NCBI GenBank assembly: GCA_011109175.1 | Contig: RDEW01000003.1 | Coordinates: forward strand, 1,422,429 to 1,486,428 | Source of the DNA: Dicyema japonicum | Taxonomy: Eukaryota; Animalia; Dicyemida | Direction of reading: 5' to 3' | DNA: 64,000 bases | Shown: positions 12,085-25,384 of the stretch, piece by piece | Numbering within the stretch: position 1 is the first letter of the stretch | How the letters are laid out: each line of letters starts with the position of its first letter | Program-made: the position numbers and the translations under genes | Notes under the pieces: model-generated | Database searches by the model: none | What the model was told of the DNA's origin: nothing | What the model saw: the letters and a program-made list of their open reading frames with translations, nothing else

Positions 12085-13438
12085 TTATCTAAGTTTGAGA
12101 CACTGCTCAGCATTAGTGACTAAAATATAGTCACACGTGGGTTTACTTTTAAATTCACATACGTAATTCCTCCTTAACCTGCACGAAATTGCCTTCATGT
12201 AGCCACATCCTTTAAATTCGACACAACTATGACGACGACTTGGCTCAAATCGTCCCCAAATTTCGTACGGCTTCGCATTATTTGTCATTTTACAATTGCA
12301 TCACGTGTTGTGCCGTCAACGAAAGCACCGTTAATCTTCTTGGTGTTCAAAATTATGTTGAATTTACTGGAATACATAAATTGTGCTTGAATGACTTAGA
12401 CGCTAACCAAATATGAAGTTTGCCTCGTTCTCGCTGCTCAGAATCAGTGATTTTCCTCCTATGGTCTCACATCGTTTTTTGGAGGTCTCAAAGGTTGAGC
12501 TTTGGTTGAAGTAAAGATAGCAGTAATTTCCAAATATCCCGGCACAGTTACATCGCAGACGAGTTCCTATTCCGTGATTTAACGGATTTACTTGATGTTG
12601 AACATACTACAGCGTTTGTGGACTTTGGGTTAACTGGCATCCATTTTTCGCAGTCGTTAAGCACCGCGTGCGTAGATCCCTTGTTCTTTTGGTCGAACCA
12701 GTTCTCATATGGAAGCTAAACAGTAAAAATGGCCTGAACATTTCCTGTTGAAGTGATCCACATGTTCCTTTTGTGCATATCGACAAAGTATGCTGAAATT
12801 TATACAAACTGTACTAAAGAGAAAGTTATTCTCCGTTCGGTCCTGTACCATGGGGATGGTCATTCCAAATCTCCCGCATAACTCGACGGCACTTTCCTTC
12901 GTCATTACAGCGTCTACGTAAATGTAGCATTTTGTAGGTGAACATAGGACATTTGAGGATCCTACAATAAAAGTTTCGATTACGAATAAAATCTGTGAAT
13001 ATTAGAATTCCAAGGCAATGCAGAATCCTAAATTGTACCAAACTCCTACATTTAATTTCCGTCCTAGTGAACGGACAAGTGTAAAATAATACAGATAATG
13101 CACCATATTGTATGTGAAGGGTCATTTCTCTGATATCAAAAGAATTTGAGTTTTCATTTGTACAGCACATGTTCATTATTTGCTACAAGTGCTTCTATGA
13201 GATTTGTTGAGGTTGGTGTACCTCTATTGAATGAAATGTCTGCTTAGCTTCATGTTGGGTGAAATCTTTGTCTTCTGGTGGGCATATACAAGGTGACAGA
13301 CTCAGAAAACATCGGAAACCCAATGATTTTAATAACGGAAGTGTCGAAATGCACATAGGATCCTGGTTCGACCCAAACTTGGGAGATGGTAGTTAACATG
13401 TGTGCTGCAATAAGGAACCAGTAGACAAAGCATCCCAT
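12085..13438 (-). CDS. Secreted protein with two C-type lectin-like domains
   Basis: Hydrophobic N-terminus. Domain 1: ESAVELCGRFGMTIPMVQDRTENNFL..ENWFD..WMPV..NAVVC. Domain 2: NYCYLYFNQSSTFETSKKRCETIGG..SENEANF..WGRFEPSRRHSCV..ISCRLRRNYVCE. Confidence 0.7.
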
Positions 13439-13823
13439 TATTTTTTATTTCATGGATTCTGAAAAATCCATCGAATGTTCCATTCAAAAGTGGAATGTTG
13501 GAAAACTAATATCTTCCCCGTTCTTCACTCGAGGCGTTTAAAAATTCGCCCAGATGGAATACAAACCCAGAGTATCTTTAGGTTCTGAGACTGTATATTT
13601 ATGATTCGTGATTTGTCATTTCTTTGCGCCACTAGAATATGGGGAACAAGAGGATCCATTCATCTTGATGAAACAAGACTTTTTATGTACTTGGTTTCGT
13701 CACCAATTCAACCTTCCGACCAATTAAAACACGTGCTGAATACGGGATTTGAACCAAACTTATTATCTCTAAGGCTACCAATAAGCGACAGAATTGAGTT
13801 TCTAGGGAATCGGATTTATGCAC

Positions 13824-13900
13824 GAACAGGAGATCTGCTGGTTATTTGAGCGAATCTCGCTCGCAATCTTGAGAGGGAATAGCCGCGTAGTCAGGACAGC
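13824..13900 (+). mobile_element. CRE-clade 3' tip
   Basis: EQEICWLFERISLAILRGNSRVVRTA; closely similar to the reverse complement of 42374-42478. Confidence 0.8.
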
Positions 13901-13904
13901 TTTG

Positions 13905-14152
13905 TCCATTTTATTTTGTCTTGCTTCTAAATCCGGAACGTGACGTTTAATTATTAGAAGCTTTGTGTCATATTCATTTTCAGTTTTTAATGTTAAAAGA
14001 CAAAATATTATCGGAGTTATCACAGATTTTGTGAATAACTGCTTCCAAAGAAGAGGGCAGACAGAAAAAGTCTCATCAGTATACCATATTTTATGATTTT
14101 TTAATAATGTCGTCATTTCAGAATTAAAAAATAACCATATTTGTCTCAACAT
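13905..14152 (-). pseudogene. MULE transposase remnant
   Basis: LKNHKIWYTDETFSVCPLLWKQLFT..TPIIFCLL matches the MULE W(Y/F).DGTF..P..F.QLYT motif seen intact at about 35500. Confidence 0.7.
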
Positions 14153-14790
14153 CTGAAAAGTTAATCATTAATATACCAATATTTTGGCGAAAACTGTGTC
14201 CAAACTGATAGAATCTATGCTCCACAAATATAGTTCTCGATGGACTTGTGTGCTAAGAAGACCCGTCATCAGCACTTAATTATTTTTTATTGATAACTTC
14301 AGTCTCGGTTTATTGGGAGTTGATAAAAATTTGGTTAGTAGACACATTATAACTATTAATAGTCTGTTATAAATAGAAAGTTATTTTTAGAATGGCAGGC
14401 TGGCTGATAGTTTCGACTACTGCGCTGGTGACTGTACCTTCGCTGGTGTGGTTATTGAGATAGTTGGCTGGCTAGCCCACCCATAGGGCTAATGCCTGCT
14501 TCATAAAAGGGAGGCGAAGAGGGTGCATTGCTTTATGTTTTTCGTATCGTTCGTTTATATTTTATAAGATCCCTAGTTCGAATCCCATTTGGCGATTTTA
14601 TATATAATACAGTTTAAACCATCATCATTCGATCACCTCTTTGAAATATAACAGCTTTATCGAATAATTAACTATAAAATTACCCACATTGCAAGTTCAG
14701 TGCCGGCAGGATATAATGGAACGTTTATGGACAAATTAATCATATTTTAAGTGAATATAATTCTAAAAAACAATTAATAATGTAATTAAA

Positions 14791-15000
14791 TTAACACAGG
14801 CAACCATCCAAAGTGGACCCCGCTGACATTATCGACGTTGCGTTGCCTCTCACGATTGCAACAGAGATCAACTGAAGAAACCACCGGGTCTCACTTACAT
14901 CGTGGCTTTTTAGTGTAGCTAGGCGTCCAAGTTTCTTTAGAAAGCGAAGCGATTTTCCACTTGTCCTCAAGTTGTCTCGACCATAAAAAACTGTATTCAT
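14791..15000 (-). mobile_element. CRE-clade 3' tip
   Basis: FLKKLGRLATLKSHDVSETRWFLQLISVAIVRGNATSIMSAG..*. Confidence 0.8.
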
Positions 15001-15229
15001 AATTTCATAATAATATTTAAAAAAGATGATATTTTTATTTAAAGATGTCGAGGACCTTGGTATAATGTTCCATTTACCTATAGGACCCGTTTAAATCAAT
15101 TTTTATAAGATTTAAAAAAATGACTTTTTTACCTAAAGATGTCGTTTCGCTAAAATCTCGTGATTTTTGTTGATGAACTTATCCAAAATTTAAAAAATTT
15201 TTGAATATTTTTTTCAATGAGGAACCGGA

Positions 15230-15335
15230 TCATCTATGAAGGACTCATGCGCAACAAAAAGAAGTGAAGATCATTCTTTGGTTCTCCCTTTCTACGATTA
15301 GTTATCATGATTGTTTGTACACTAATAAAGTCCTG
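15230..15335 (+). mobile_element. SINE 3'-half fragment
   Basis: ggaaccggatcatct..aaggactca..aagaagtgaagatcattctttggttctcc..ctacgattagtta..aataaagt matches the SINE body. Confidence 0.75.
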
Positions 15336-15808
15336 TCTGTCAAAGCTATAGGGCTCTCGAGAACAATCTGGTCTTATTTTTATTATTTTTTCTGTTTCTG
15401 ACAGATTATCGTCAAAGTCAATTCACTTTGGCCTTGTAGGGATTGCACTCGGGTGCTTTGTTTACCTAACCGTCCGTCTTTCGTTCAGAACTTGAGTTTT
15501 CTGACGTATCAAGTCATTTACCTCGTCGTAAAAGAATAAAGACAAGTACTTTCCTGATGTCTCTTAAGTCCGTTACCTCCCACGAAAAGTATGAAGACAA
15601 GGACTTTCATCCATCATAAAGAACTAATCGAGATTTAGATTTTCTCAATATGAAGCAACTGATGTAATTTATTGTCATTAATTCTAAAACCAAGAATCAC
15701 CGATGATGTCATTTTCTGGGATCCCCACGGTGGCTGTTTGTTGCATGCATTTGATGAATCGAGCACTCGTTTTCTACATGGACTTTATTGCTCATATATT
15801 GAATTGGA

Positions 15809-15912
15809 TGACAGTTGAATGAATTGAATGGATCTCTTCATCTTACTGAATGTCTCAAAGTGACAGTTGAATGAACTGAATGGATCTCTTTATCTTTACC
15901 GAATGACTCAAC
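15809..15912. repeat. About 52-bp imperfect tandem duplication
   Basis: tgacagttgaatgaa(t/c)tgaatggatctctt.. at 15809 and 15861. Confidence 0.85.
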
Positions 15913-16864
15913 AGTCGAAAAGTGGAGCCTGTTTCCTTCAATTTTGCTGCGATAATCTGATTGATTCCATCGGTCAGCGATAAAAGTCTGAGTTCCACAG
16001 CTTTGAAAATCCTCTGAGCGTTGTGGATACATGAAAGCGGTGGGAATGGTTGAGTAAGACCGAAAACTCATTGCGTCTGTGATAAGGAATACTGAGATCA
16101 TATAATGAGGCTTAACACTTATTCGTATTCTTGAAATTAAGTTTCATGGCACGTGCTAAGAAAGTACAATTACTGACGTCAAAGTAGAAATTAAGTTGAA
16201 TTCACAGAGAATTTTATTAAATGTCATTCCTTTCAAACAACAGTCACGAGAACTCTACAAAGGTTCTCCACTTCGTTGTTGAGACCAACTTCTTTCGAGG
16301 CTCTTGTCAGGAGAAAGAGAGTCCTAATAGCACCTCCAAAGTTTCCAGTATACGAGAATGCAGTAAGCAAGTTGGATCTTGTGACGAACACTGGGTAAAG
16401 TTGAGATGACTGCTAAAAGAGGCCGGTATCACCATACGGCCATGTTTTTCCTCTTAATTTGTCGGTGATTCTTGGTTTAAATAAATAAATTCTAAAAACA
16501 GGAAATTTTGTCGACAGCATCGACTATGAATTCCACCCTGTCCTAAATAATCAAAGGAAAACGTCTTTTTGCGCCAACAAAATCCATCCTCAAATAGTCC
16601 ATTACAGCTTCCGCTTCCGAAGAGAGGTGAAGTAGGTACGCCCTCTTCCATTTTCGTTGCACGTCCTACCGTCGTTGACTTCATTAATAGATGGAGGAGT
16701 TTTCATAATGGATAATCTTCATCAATGGTTTTTTCGACCAATTAAACAATAAACTAATCAATTCAAAAATTCAATTTTGATGATTCTTCATATATTTCGT
16801 TTTTGTATTTTAAAAGAGTCATTATTTAAATTTTATCGGATCTCTTATCACAAAAAAGAAGAAT

Positions 16865-17060
16865 ATGGGAGAAAGGAGCTGGCTTATTAAGCACATTTCC
16901 TTAAAAATCGTCAGTGAAAATGAGTTTTCAATTCTGAGTGCGACCAGCCTTTACTGAAAGGAATTTCTATTAGTTTTTAACTGTTTGACTCATCGAGTTG
17001 GTCTCCATAGCGTCCTAAGGGGAAACGTCACATCAATAAAGTCAATGGGAATTAAATAAT
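16865..17060 (+). mobile_element. Two adjacent degenerate CRE-clade 3' tips
   Basis: GERSWLIKHISLKIVSENEFSILSATSLY* (16867-16957) and ELVSIA(V)LRGNVTSIKSM (about 16995-17050), the latter homologous to 63250-63295. Confidence 0.55.
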
Positions 17061-17216
17061 TGCTTTCTAAAATAACCTTATTTATTTAATTAATTAACCT
17101 AAAATTATGAATTAAAAATTTTTGAAGTGAAAAATATAATTGTTAATTTTTTATATAAGTCATGTGTGTGAAGAATTCAAATACCAATTTTGTTTCCAAG
17201 GAAATCGGCGGTTCAA

Positions 17217-19837
17217 ATGTACGACGATATTTACAATTTTGAGGAGAACAGCGATTTCCAGATAGACAAACAGGTGATTTACAAAATTTGAAGTATTTTA
17301 GGTCAACCAGAAGCGTCAAGTGCGGATGACAGCCATGAAAGGTTCCAGTGTAGACGTACGACCGATGACTGCCATAGTGGGGGCTGGTTATAAATCGGCA
17401 TATCAAAGTAAACTTATTCTCTCAAAATTTAGTAACCGGAGGGGGACAAAAGAAGAAATTAAACGCTATCACTCAGCTGGAGAAGGAGGATAGCGAAGGG
17501 TAGAGACTGAAATGAATTTTTAGCTTTGATATTAAAATCAGAAAACAGGAACTACAGATTGAGGCCTTAATTTTGGATTCTTGTTTTGCACGTGAACAGG
17601 GAAACGATCAGCAGGCTTTAGAAAAAGCCAAGGAAGCTGTGCGACATGAGAAACAGCTCAAGAGACTGAGTGAACAAGATTCCAACTACGAATATCCCAA
17701 TCTAGACATCCTTTTTTCTGTAACTCCCCATATCCCCATTTTCAGGTGACCTTGAATTTGGCCCTGCAACTGACTCATAACGGATTCTACAACGAAGCTC
17801 TCGGAGTGTACACGAGCTTAGTAAAGGACAAAAAGTACAACTCGGCAGGTTCCAAGTTGTAATATTCCAAATAGGACGACTGCGAGTGAACATGGGGAAC
17901 ATTTACTTTACGATGAAGGACTACAGAAACGCCATAAAGATGTATAGAATGGCACTGGATCAGATTCCAAAAAATCACCGCCAACTGAGGTAGAAATGAA
18001 CGGAAATTTCCAGGAAACGAATAATGATAAACATTGGAATCAGTTTTATGACGATAGACCAACTGAGCGACGCCATCTCCACATTCGAGCATATAATTCT
18101 CGAAAAGAAGGATCTCCAAGCTTCCTTTAATCTCCTAATTTGCTATTATTTGATGGAAGACAAGGAAGGGATGAAAATGTCCTTCCAACAACTCCTCAGT
18201 TTCTACAAACCGAACGAATCAGACAAGTATTCGTCCTATTTCACGGTACTCCCACATTCTTACAACTAAGGACGGTAACAAGAAACTGGAACTTCTCCTA
18301 GATGTTATAAAGAACGACCAACTCTCTAAATACGAGATCGCGTGCCAGCAAAGGGATATTACCTCAATAAAGAGGTCTGCCAAGCTCATCTCCAACGTCA
18401 TCGAGAAGGATTTTGAGACTGGCTTACAATTGGTGCATCGAGCAGGCCAGACAGTCCTCTAATAGCAGTCGGTTGGTCAACGATCTTGTCATAGACACGG
18501 CTCTTTTATATTTGCGGAAGAATAATATCCAAAAAGTAATGATTTATTTATCAAAGGCGGTGGAAATTCTCAAATCATTCCAAAAGTCCGACCCGAAATC
18601 CTCAGGGACTGCCTCCTGCAATTTGTCCTTCATTTATTTTCTGGTTTTTCCGGTTTTTTGTTAAATCGAGAAACAAGATTACTCTTTGGCCGAAAAATAT
18701 GCCAACTTTGCGATGGAGGCTGACGAACTGAATCCAAACGGTTTTCAAATTTTACTTATCACAGTTCTCGTAAACAAGGGAAACTGCTATTACGCCAAGG
18801 GAGACGTAGAAACTGCCATGAAGTACTACAACTCTGCCCACGAGGTCGACCCGTCTTCGATTGGGGCACTGTTTAATCTCAGTTTATCTTCGTTATAACG
18901 CAGTAATTCTGCACAAAAGTCAGAAGGACTACAACAAGGCAATCGAGTATGCCTTCAAATTGAGAGGGATCTTGCCAAACGATCCCCAAGTTTACCACCA
19001 TATCGCGGACATGTGAGAGATGTCTAGATTACGTTTAGATACTACAGAGTGGAGGACTTTGATCATTCTCTGGACTGGTTCCTTACATTTTTTATTCAGG
19101 TACATTCAACTGGTGGGAATCGTTCAAACTGATGCTTCAGTATTGGAAAAGTTGGGGGAGATTTACGAGGCTCGTGGAGACAGAGCTCACGCACTTCAAT
19201 ACTACTCTGATGCCTACAAATGCTATCCAGCCAACCCACGTGTCGTAGAATGGCTTGGAAGCTTTTATATGAATTCGCGCCTTCCTGAAAGAGCATTGGT
19301 TTACTACGAGACCGCTCTGAGACTAAAGTTTGGAAGGATATTGATTTCTTAGTCCTAAGGAGATCGTCTGGTACCTTCATTTGGCCACGTGCTACCGACA
19401 AATGGGGAACTCGTTCCAAACATATACTCTTTTAAAGGCAGCACATGATAAATTTCCTAACAACATCGATTGTGACTTTTTCAGTGACTTTAGGTCTTAC
19501 AAGTCTCATCCAGGTCGCCAAGGAGGTTGAGCCAGAGGAAGCTGCCGAGTATTCGAGTCGATTGGAGAAGATATATAGGGAACGACACCGACGCCAAGTA
19601 ACCTTGAATTCTCATAGTACAAGGACTCCATATCCGCAGGGAAACTCCAGCGTAGAAGCACCGAAAGTTCTAACAGAGATCAAAGTGGAAGTGGCAAAAT
19701 AATAGACAGAGTAGAAACGAGCCAATCAAACTCACTAGAATGTATTTTTGGTAGTAAAAGTAGTCGAAAACAATCAAAGCATCAAAGAAAAATCTGATGA
19801 AAAAAGCGATGACGACTTCCAGGTATTACTTCCGTAA
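17217..19837 (+). CDS. IFT88: Intraflagellar transport protein 88 (TPR protein), many short introns
   Basis: RPMTAIVGAG, QALEKAKEA, NLDILFSVTLNLA, RLRVNMGNIYF..AIKMYRMALDQIP, RLAYNWC, VLVNKGNC, VVEWLGSFY. Introns such as 17500-17523 (24 nt). Confidence 0.93.
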
Positions 19838-19925
19838 GAAAATTCAAATTTGATTAAAAATTAATTCACGAATAAATACTGGAAAAATTAAAAAAACATA
19901 TTTGCAAATAAAAAAATAAAACTAT

Positions 19926-20663
19926 TTAAATTTCAGATTCCAGTTCATTCTCGAGGAGTGAACTTGAAGAATTTGACGATGAGATATCCCACATCCTATT
20001 TTGTGACATTTTGTTGTCCTCGTCACCTACAAATAGGTGAAATCCTAATTCCTACATTCCAACTCAATTTCCCCGTTCAACAGCTTGTTCTGAACATCGA
20101 TAAGATCACGTGCTGATTTGCACTCAGAATACATCGAGAGTCGGGTCTGATTCATATTTAAAAAATTGGTTCCCCATGGAAATGGGTCCAGAAGTCTACA
20201 GGCGGCCTCTTTGTCCCCTGACAATCAATTTACAGCCAAACCGATTATGTAAAGAGCTGATGCAAACGCTTCGACGCAGCTGAGCGTGCAGGCCTGTCCA
20301 CCACGTGTTGAGTTGCCTGCGATTAGAAAGGGAAGGAGTCGTGCGTGCTTGTGACGTAGTTTTAGCTTATGGAGATCGTCGATTTTATTCCATGAGCAAT
20401 CAATGGCACATATTCCAATCTTTTCGACCATTTCTTTGTCCTCCGGGGAAATCACGTGGGTAGCTAGCGGAGTGAGGACGATCCCGTTGAATCGTTTACG
20501 TAGTGGGATGAATTCTGCATACCCAAGCTTTACTAATCTCACTCCACTGCACTTCTTTCGATCACATTGGCCTAGATCCCACAAACGAAGATTGTAGTCG
20601 AATGTGTCTAAAAATGATTTTTTAATCGTCACAAGAAGCAGTTGATTCATCTGAGGAGCACAT
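19926..20663 (-). CDS. TSR3: 18S rRNA aminocarboxypropyltransferase TSR3
   Basis: WDLGQCDRKKCSG, LTPLATHVISPED, IDCSWNK, RLLPFLIA, LSCVEAFASALYI, FPWGTNFLNMN. Short introns restore the frame. Confidence 0.92.
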
Positions 20664-20769
20664 TTATTTAAATTTATTTTATTCAATATTATTTTTTATT
20701 AATTATCGGTGATAATTTTTTTTATTTATACACAATATTTAGAATTTTGAGATTTACCCTTATGTTGGT

Positions 20770-22480
20770 TGAGTGGTTGACATCTCTTTAATAATGTCTT
20801 TATCGCAGTCTACTATTATCTCTACTCCTTTTTCAATTGCACTTTCGATGTCAATGGGATAGCTTCGAACACTAAACAGGAGACCTTATGGGCGATTTTG
20901 GAAAGATATATAATTAACGTGTTGCTCCTGCAAGAGATGAGGGTGAAAGTGGATCGGAGTGTACGCTAATACTACTATCGTCGACAACCGTCACTATGAA
21001 TTTGATTTCCATACGTCTATTAATTGGGAATCGCCTAATCAAAATGGAGAGTCTCTGACCTAATTGCTGTCACATAATTGGTAATGATCACGTAAGAAGA
21101 AATTGATTTTCCCCACAAAGGAGGATTAACAACTTCAATGGATGAGCTTGATGATCTTTATTCAAGTCAATCCGAAATATACTATCCGAGTTTCAAAGTG
21201 AGAATTAAACGTAGTGATGGAAACTGTATTAGAAACTACGGAAGGGGTTATTGCAGCTCATCTGGAAACTGTCTGATAAACTTCTGCAATGCTACGATTT
21301 GTTTTTGTGGAACACAGCCTTTCAGCATGAAATTAAACAAAAAACTACATGATCTGGGCGCAGAAAAAATAAAAAAGGAGAGGAAATAATTTTTAACAAA
21401 TTTGACTATATTCAGTGTAAACAGACGCTCAAAAGACTAATGATGGACTCCCGTTCATATTGTGGAACATTGACGATTAGCGATCACACGATCGTAGTAG
21501 GCTAAGACTCAAATGATTTTATGGAGTATTCTATGCGACCCGTGATATGGAAGAGAAAACACACAAGATTGATGAAATGGATAAATATCTAAGTCTCCAT
21601 GGATGGTAAACCTCATGCATGTAAGGAAACAACAGGGCATTAAAATGAAAATCTAAACCTGCAGCCCTAAAAATATAGGTCACTTTGTAGTGGGCGCAGT
21701 CACTTTTGGAAAATTGTTAAATCTTTTGATGTGCACAGGATAAAATGGTCAATGGCGATAAGGTGAAATGGGTCACCCAACTATGGGTTACTATTACATT
21801 CTTTCTCGGTGTTCCTGAAGTTTTCTAAATAAAAACTAAAGTGGAAAAAATGCCCCGAGTGGGACTCGAACCCACGACATTCGCGTTATTAGCACGACGC
21901 TCTAACCAACTGAGCTATCAGGGCTGTTTATCCCTATTTAAATTTTTTTGAATTATAATTTATATTTTTTCCAACATCTTTGGATTAGCACAACTATAAT
22001 ATCAGATGTATGTTTCTTATATAGACCAAATTTGATATGTTCACTGTCTGAATGTATACTAAAAAAGGATTTTATTATCTGAGGAAATTAACATTAGTGA
22101 ATTTGTTATCCAGCAGGTCATAAACATAACCGTGTGTCCAAATTCGATTGGGCCAATGGACTGTTTGAATATTTCAAACGAAAATCATATCTATTCAATT
22201 GAGTACTTCAACGTTTTTAGACTAGTGCACCTGTCCTTATAGTCTTCCACACTTTTCTCTTATGCTCCCCCAGCATCCCAAAAAGAGTCGACTTTATATC
22301 CATTTTATTTGCTTCATGGATGTACAGTATCTTTGACAATTAGAGTCATTCTTTTGGGGGTGTACGATTGGGATAAACGAAAGAATGTTATGAAACTATC
22401 CGCAGGTCAGTCTTTCACAATTCTCCTGTTTGTTGCCAATGCGTGTGGTCATCTAGGTTATATCTATTCTGAGGGTTTCC
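20770..22480. repeat. Segmental duplication copy A (LINE endonuclease 5' remnant, tRNA-Ile and flanks)
   Basis: Colinear homology with 25385-26900, with indels. Includes the NVNG..K..L..LQE endonuclease start. Confidence 0.85.
21851..21924 (-). tRNA. trnI-AAT: tRNA-Ile, anticodon AAT
   Basis: GCCCTGATAGCTCAGTTGGTTAGAGCGTCGTGCTAATAACGCGAATGTCGTGGGTTCGAGTCCCACTCGGGGCA folds into a cloverleaf and is followed by a T6 Pol III terminator. Confidence 0.95.
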
Positions 22481-22619
22481 CAGGTCTCTTAGAGAAGTTA
22501 ATCAGCAACACATTCTTATTCCCTCTCCAAATCATTCCAGTTCCACAAGTAGAAACTTTTAATCAGGTGTCTTCATTACAACTGATTCAATCAACCTTCT
22601 AATATTTAGTCAACATGGA

Positions 22620-23680
22620 GAGTTCACCTTTTTAGACAAAGTTACTCATGGAACTCCAGAACAGTCTCAATGAAATGAAAATTCCAAAAATCATAGTAAA
22701 ATCAAACTAAACACGTGTCCATACACGATGCAGCAAGGATCTTATCTTTGGAAGACATTCTTCCCCCAAGAAGGATTCAAAAAGAGTTGGTGAGGATTTA
22801 TTTACTTATAACTCACGGATCGTGCATTCCATGAAGTTGATCTATCCATGAATTTGTATCCAACATGCGAAGAGTTGAGTGTAAAGTGAGTAGATTCGGT
22901 TGATGTTGGTTCTGACAGAGCGAATCTCAATGCGGTAGTGGCATTCTCCAAAACCGGTCTGATGGTCTGTGGGTAGAGTTTTGGGATGGATTTCCCAGAT
23001 TGAGAGTTCTCTTGGCGAGTGCAAGTAAACATTTTGTTTCTGTAGCCCTTTGCCAGGGCTCACTTAGCATGGGTGTGAATTTCATCAGTCTGTTACTCCG
23101 AGAAACGTTGCGGTACAGGGTCAATGAGATTCTGAGTTGTTTACATCGCCGTAGATTTTTCCAATGAGGTATTTCCTCAGTACTGTGTCGAGAGCTTTGC
23201 TGATATCAATGGGGACGAATGCAGTTCGGTATATAAGGTGGGACTGATCTTCATAACAAAAACCATGTTGGAATCCCGGGTTGCAGAAGAGAAGGGGGGT
23301 AATTACATGAGTACAAGTTGTAGACAAAAACAGGTTAATGAAATGGACAGAATTAAGCAGAATCTACTTTCAGTTTTTCTTGGCTTTAGTATTGGAGAGA
23401 TAAATGAGTTCTTCAAGTTAGTTAAGTAAACCCGGCTTCAATAACTTGTAGGAAAACAGGGGGTAGTGAGAAGCAGCAAAAGCCGATCAGTTCCATTGAT
23501 CGGTCAACTTTGGAGTGGTGGACAAACAGAGTACAAGTTCAAGGAAATTTTTGCTGTCAAACTCAGCAGAAGTTGTAAAAAACAAAGGGCAAATCTCTTG
23601 CATCATCCAGTTGAAACGGATCCCGTGAACTGGAGTTCATCAAAATGAGGAGTGATGGACATTAACGAAAAGTCGTGACC
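22620..23680 (-). CDS. Unidentified multi-exon gene, head-to-head with SMG9
   Basis: Overlapping minus-strand ORFs (..GFQHGFCYEDQSHLIYRTAFVPID..; ..WEIHPKTLPTDHQTGFGECHYRIE..) with exon-like composition. No family recognised. Confidence 0.35.
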
Positions 23681-23743
23681 CACAGAACCAAAAACTAAAT
23701 TTATTTAAATAATATTCATAATGAAATTTAAAAATATTGTTTA

Positions 23744-24973
23744 ATGAAGAAAAGCGAACTGTTAGCATTGAAGGGAGAATTTAGCACTAATTATGAACGA
23801 AAACCGCTAAGCGAATTTGCCGAAGGTTTCATAAATAAAAATTGCAGAAATAAGATTATTGTGTGAGCAAACTAAATTATTCACTTTGATAGATAAAAAT
23901 CTCGAACTGATTCCGCTAAAGGATCGAGTTTTTATTTTATAAATCCTCAAGTTATTGGATTCCCAGAACACCAACTTCCTAGTAATCGGGGTCATCGGTC
24001 CCCAAGGCTCCGGGAAGTCCACGTTATTGAACTCCGTCGCGGAATTCTACAAACCGAACATTACTCGATTATTTAAGACTAAAAATGTGGAGAGGTCCAA
24101 ACAGGAAGCTCATGTAACTAGAGAGGTCGGGGTCCTCAATACTTGTGATGGAGTTTTGCTGATTGATACTCCGGTTTTTGAGTTCTTTTACTTTAGCCGC
24201 TTTTTTCGGCCTCCGTTTTCGATGAGTTTATCCTTTCTGACAAATCTCTGAAAAACTTTGGCTGGAAATACACAAATTCGTCGAAATTGAGAGCTACCGA
24301 ATTTTAATGCTCATCTTGAGCATATGCCACGTGGTCTTGGTGGTCCACGACCCAGTTTTGGATGAAGACTTCTTTAGGTTATATTCTTTAATTAGTTCAG
24401 ACGTCTAGAAGTCGCAGTGACGCTGAAACCGGTTCCCTTGGTTTTCAAAGACATCCATGAGCAGTCAAAAGTATTTGAATTCAAACCTCACGTGGGTTAT
24501 TCTGTTTTTTTCAAATTTCTAGTGCAAATTTTTAACCAAGTTGATTCCATCGTCTTCAGTGATCAAATCTTGCGGCAAGAATTGGACTCAGCAGTTAAAC
24601 CTCTGTTAGAAAGTGACAGGTCGATCAACAGAGGTCATTTTTGTATATATTCAGACTCGTTGGAGGAAGGATCTCCAAATATTGTGATTCTGCCACGAAT
24701 CGATGGTATTTGGCTTAACTTATCTCCCAGAGCTTCCAGTAGTTTATAAAGAGAGGGTTAAGGAACTTGGGGAGAAGTTGAAGAGGATTGACGCTGGTAA
24801 ATTCACTGGGAAAAATATTTCAGAGGAAAACTGGTAGTTTCTAGATTTGAATGAGGTACCTGTACGTTCGGAATATCTGGAATGTGATTCTCCACGATCT
24901 AAAAATTGAAAATTTTATTAATGATGAAGGCTCCTTTACAAAGCGTGAAAATACTCTTAATTTTCCTAAATAA
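23744..24973 (+). CDS. SMG9: Nonsense-mediated decay factor SMG9 (G-fold protein)
   Basis: NFLVIGVIGPQGSGKST, VLLIDT, LILSICHVVLVVHD, KPHV and C-terminal ISEENWYLYVRNIWN match SMG9 blocks. Start codon approximate. Confidence 0.8.
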
Positions 24974-25384
24974 CTTTCTCAGTAAATTTGTTGGCAAAAG
25001 AACAGCGAGAATTAATCCAATAATTCTGTTAGCCTAAGGGAGACACCATTTATTTATGTCGAATCTGGTTTGGATGATTGGTAAAAAGAGCTGCGTTAGA
25101 GGATCGAAGCATTTCTATAAATGATCCCTGTGATCATTTCAACCATTTATTATTAATGTACTATCACAAAAGCACGTGCGGCCTGGAAACTAACAAAACA
25201 ACATCATATCCACTCGTTTTTGTCACGAGCAAGTTCTTGCAATGCACCTTTCTGAGATGCCTTTTTTGAAAGTCACCGTCTTTTTATAGGGCGGTACAAT
25301 TATTTAATTAACCTGATGTCGAGTCGATAGCTAACAAATAGTTAAGTATCGTCCTAATAATATTTTGAATTTTGAGACTCATCT

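Noticed and set aside
14570-14600. B-box-like gttcgaatcc suggesting a tRNA
   Set aside because: There is no A-box, D-arm or acceptor stem at the right distance; at most a decayed SINE or tRNA fragment.
17217-19837. In-frame stops in conserved genes suggesting a variant genetic code
   Set aside because: The stops fall inside removable 22-31-nt GT-AG introns, and the exons read in the standard code.
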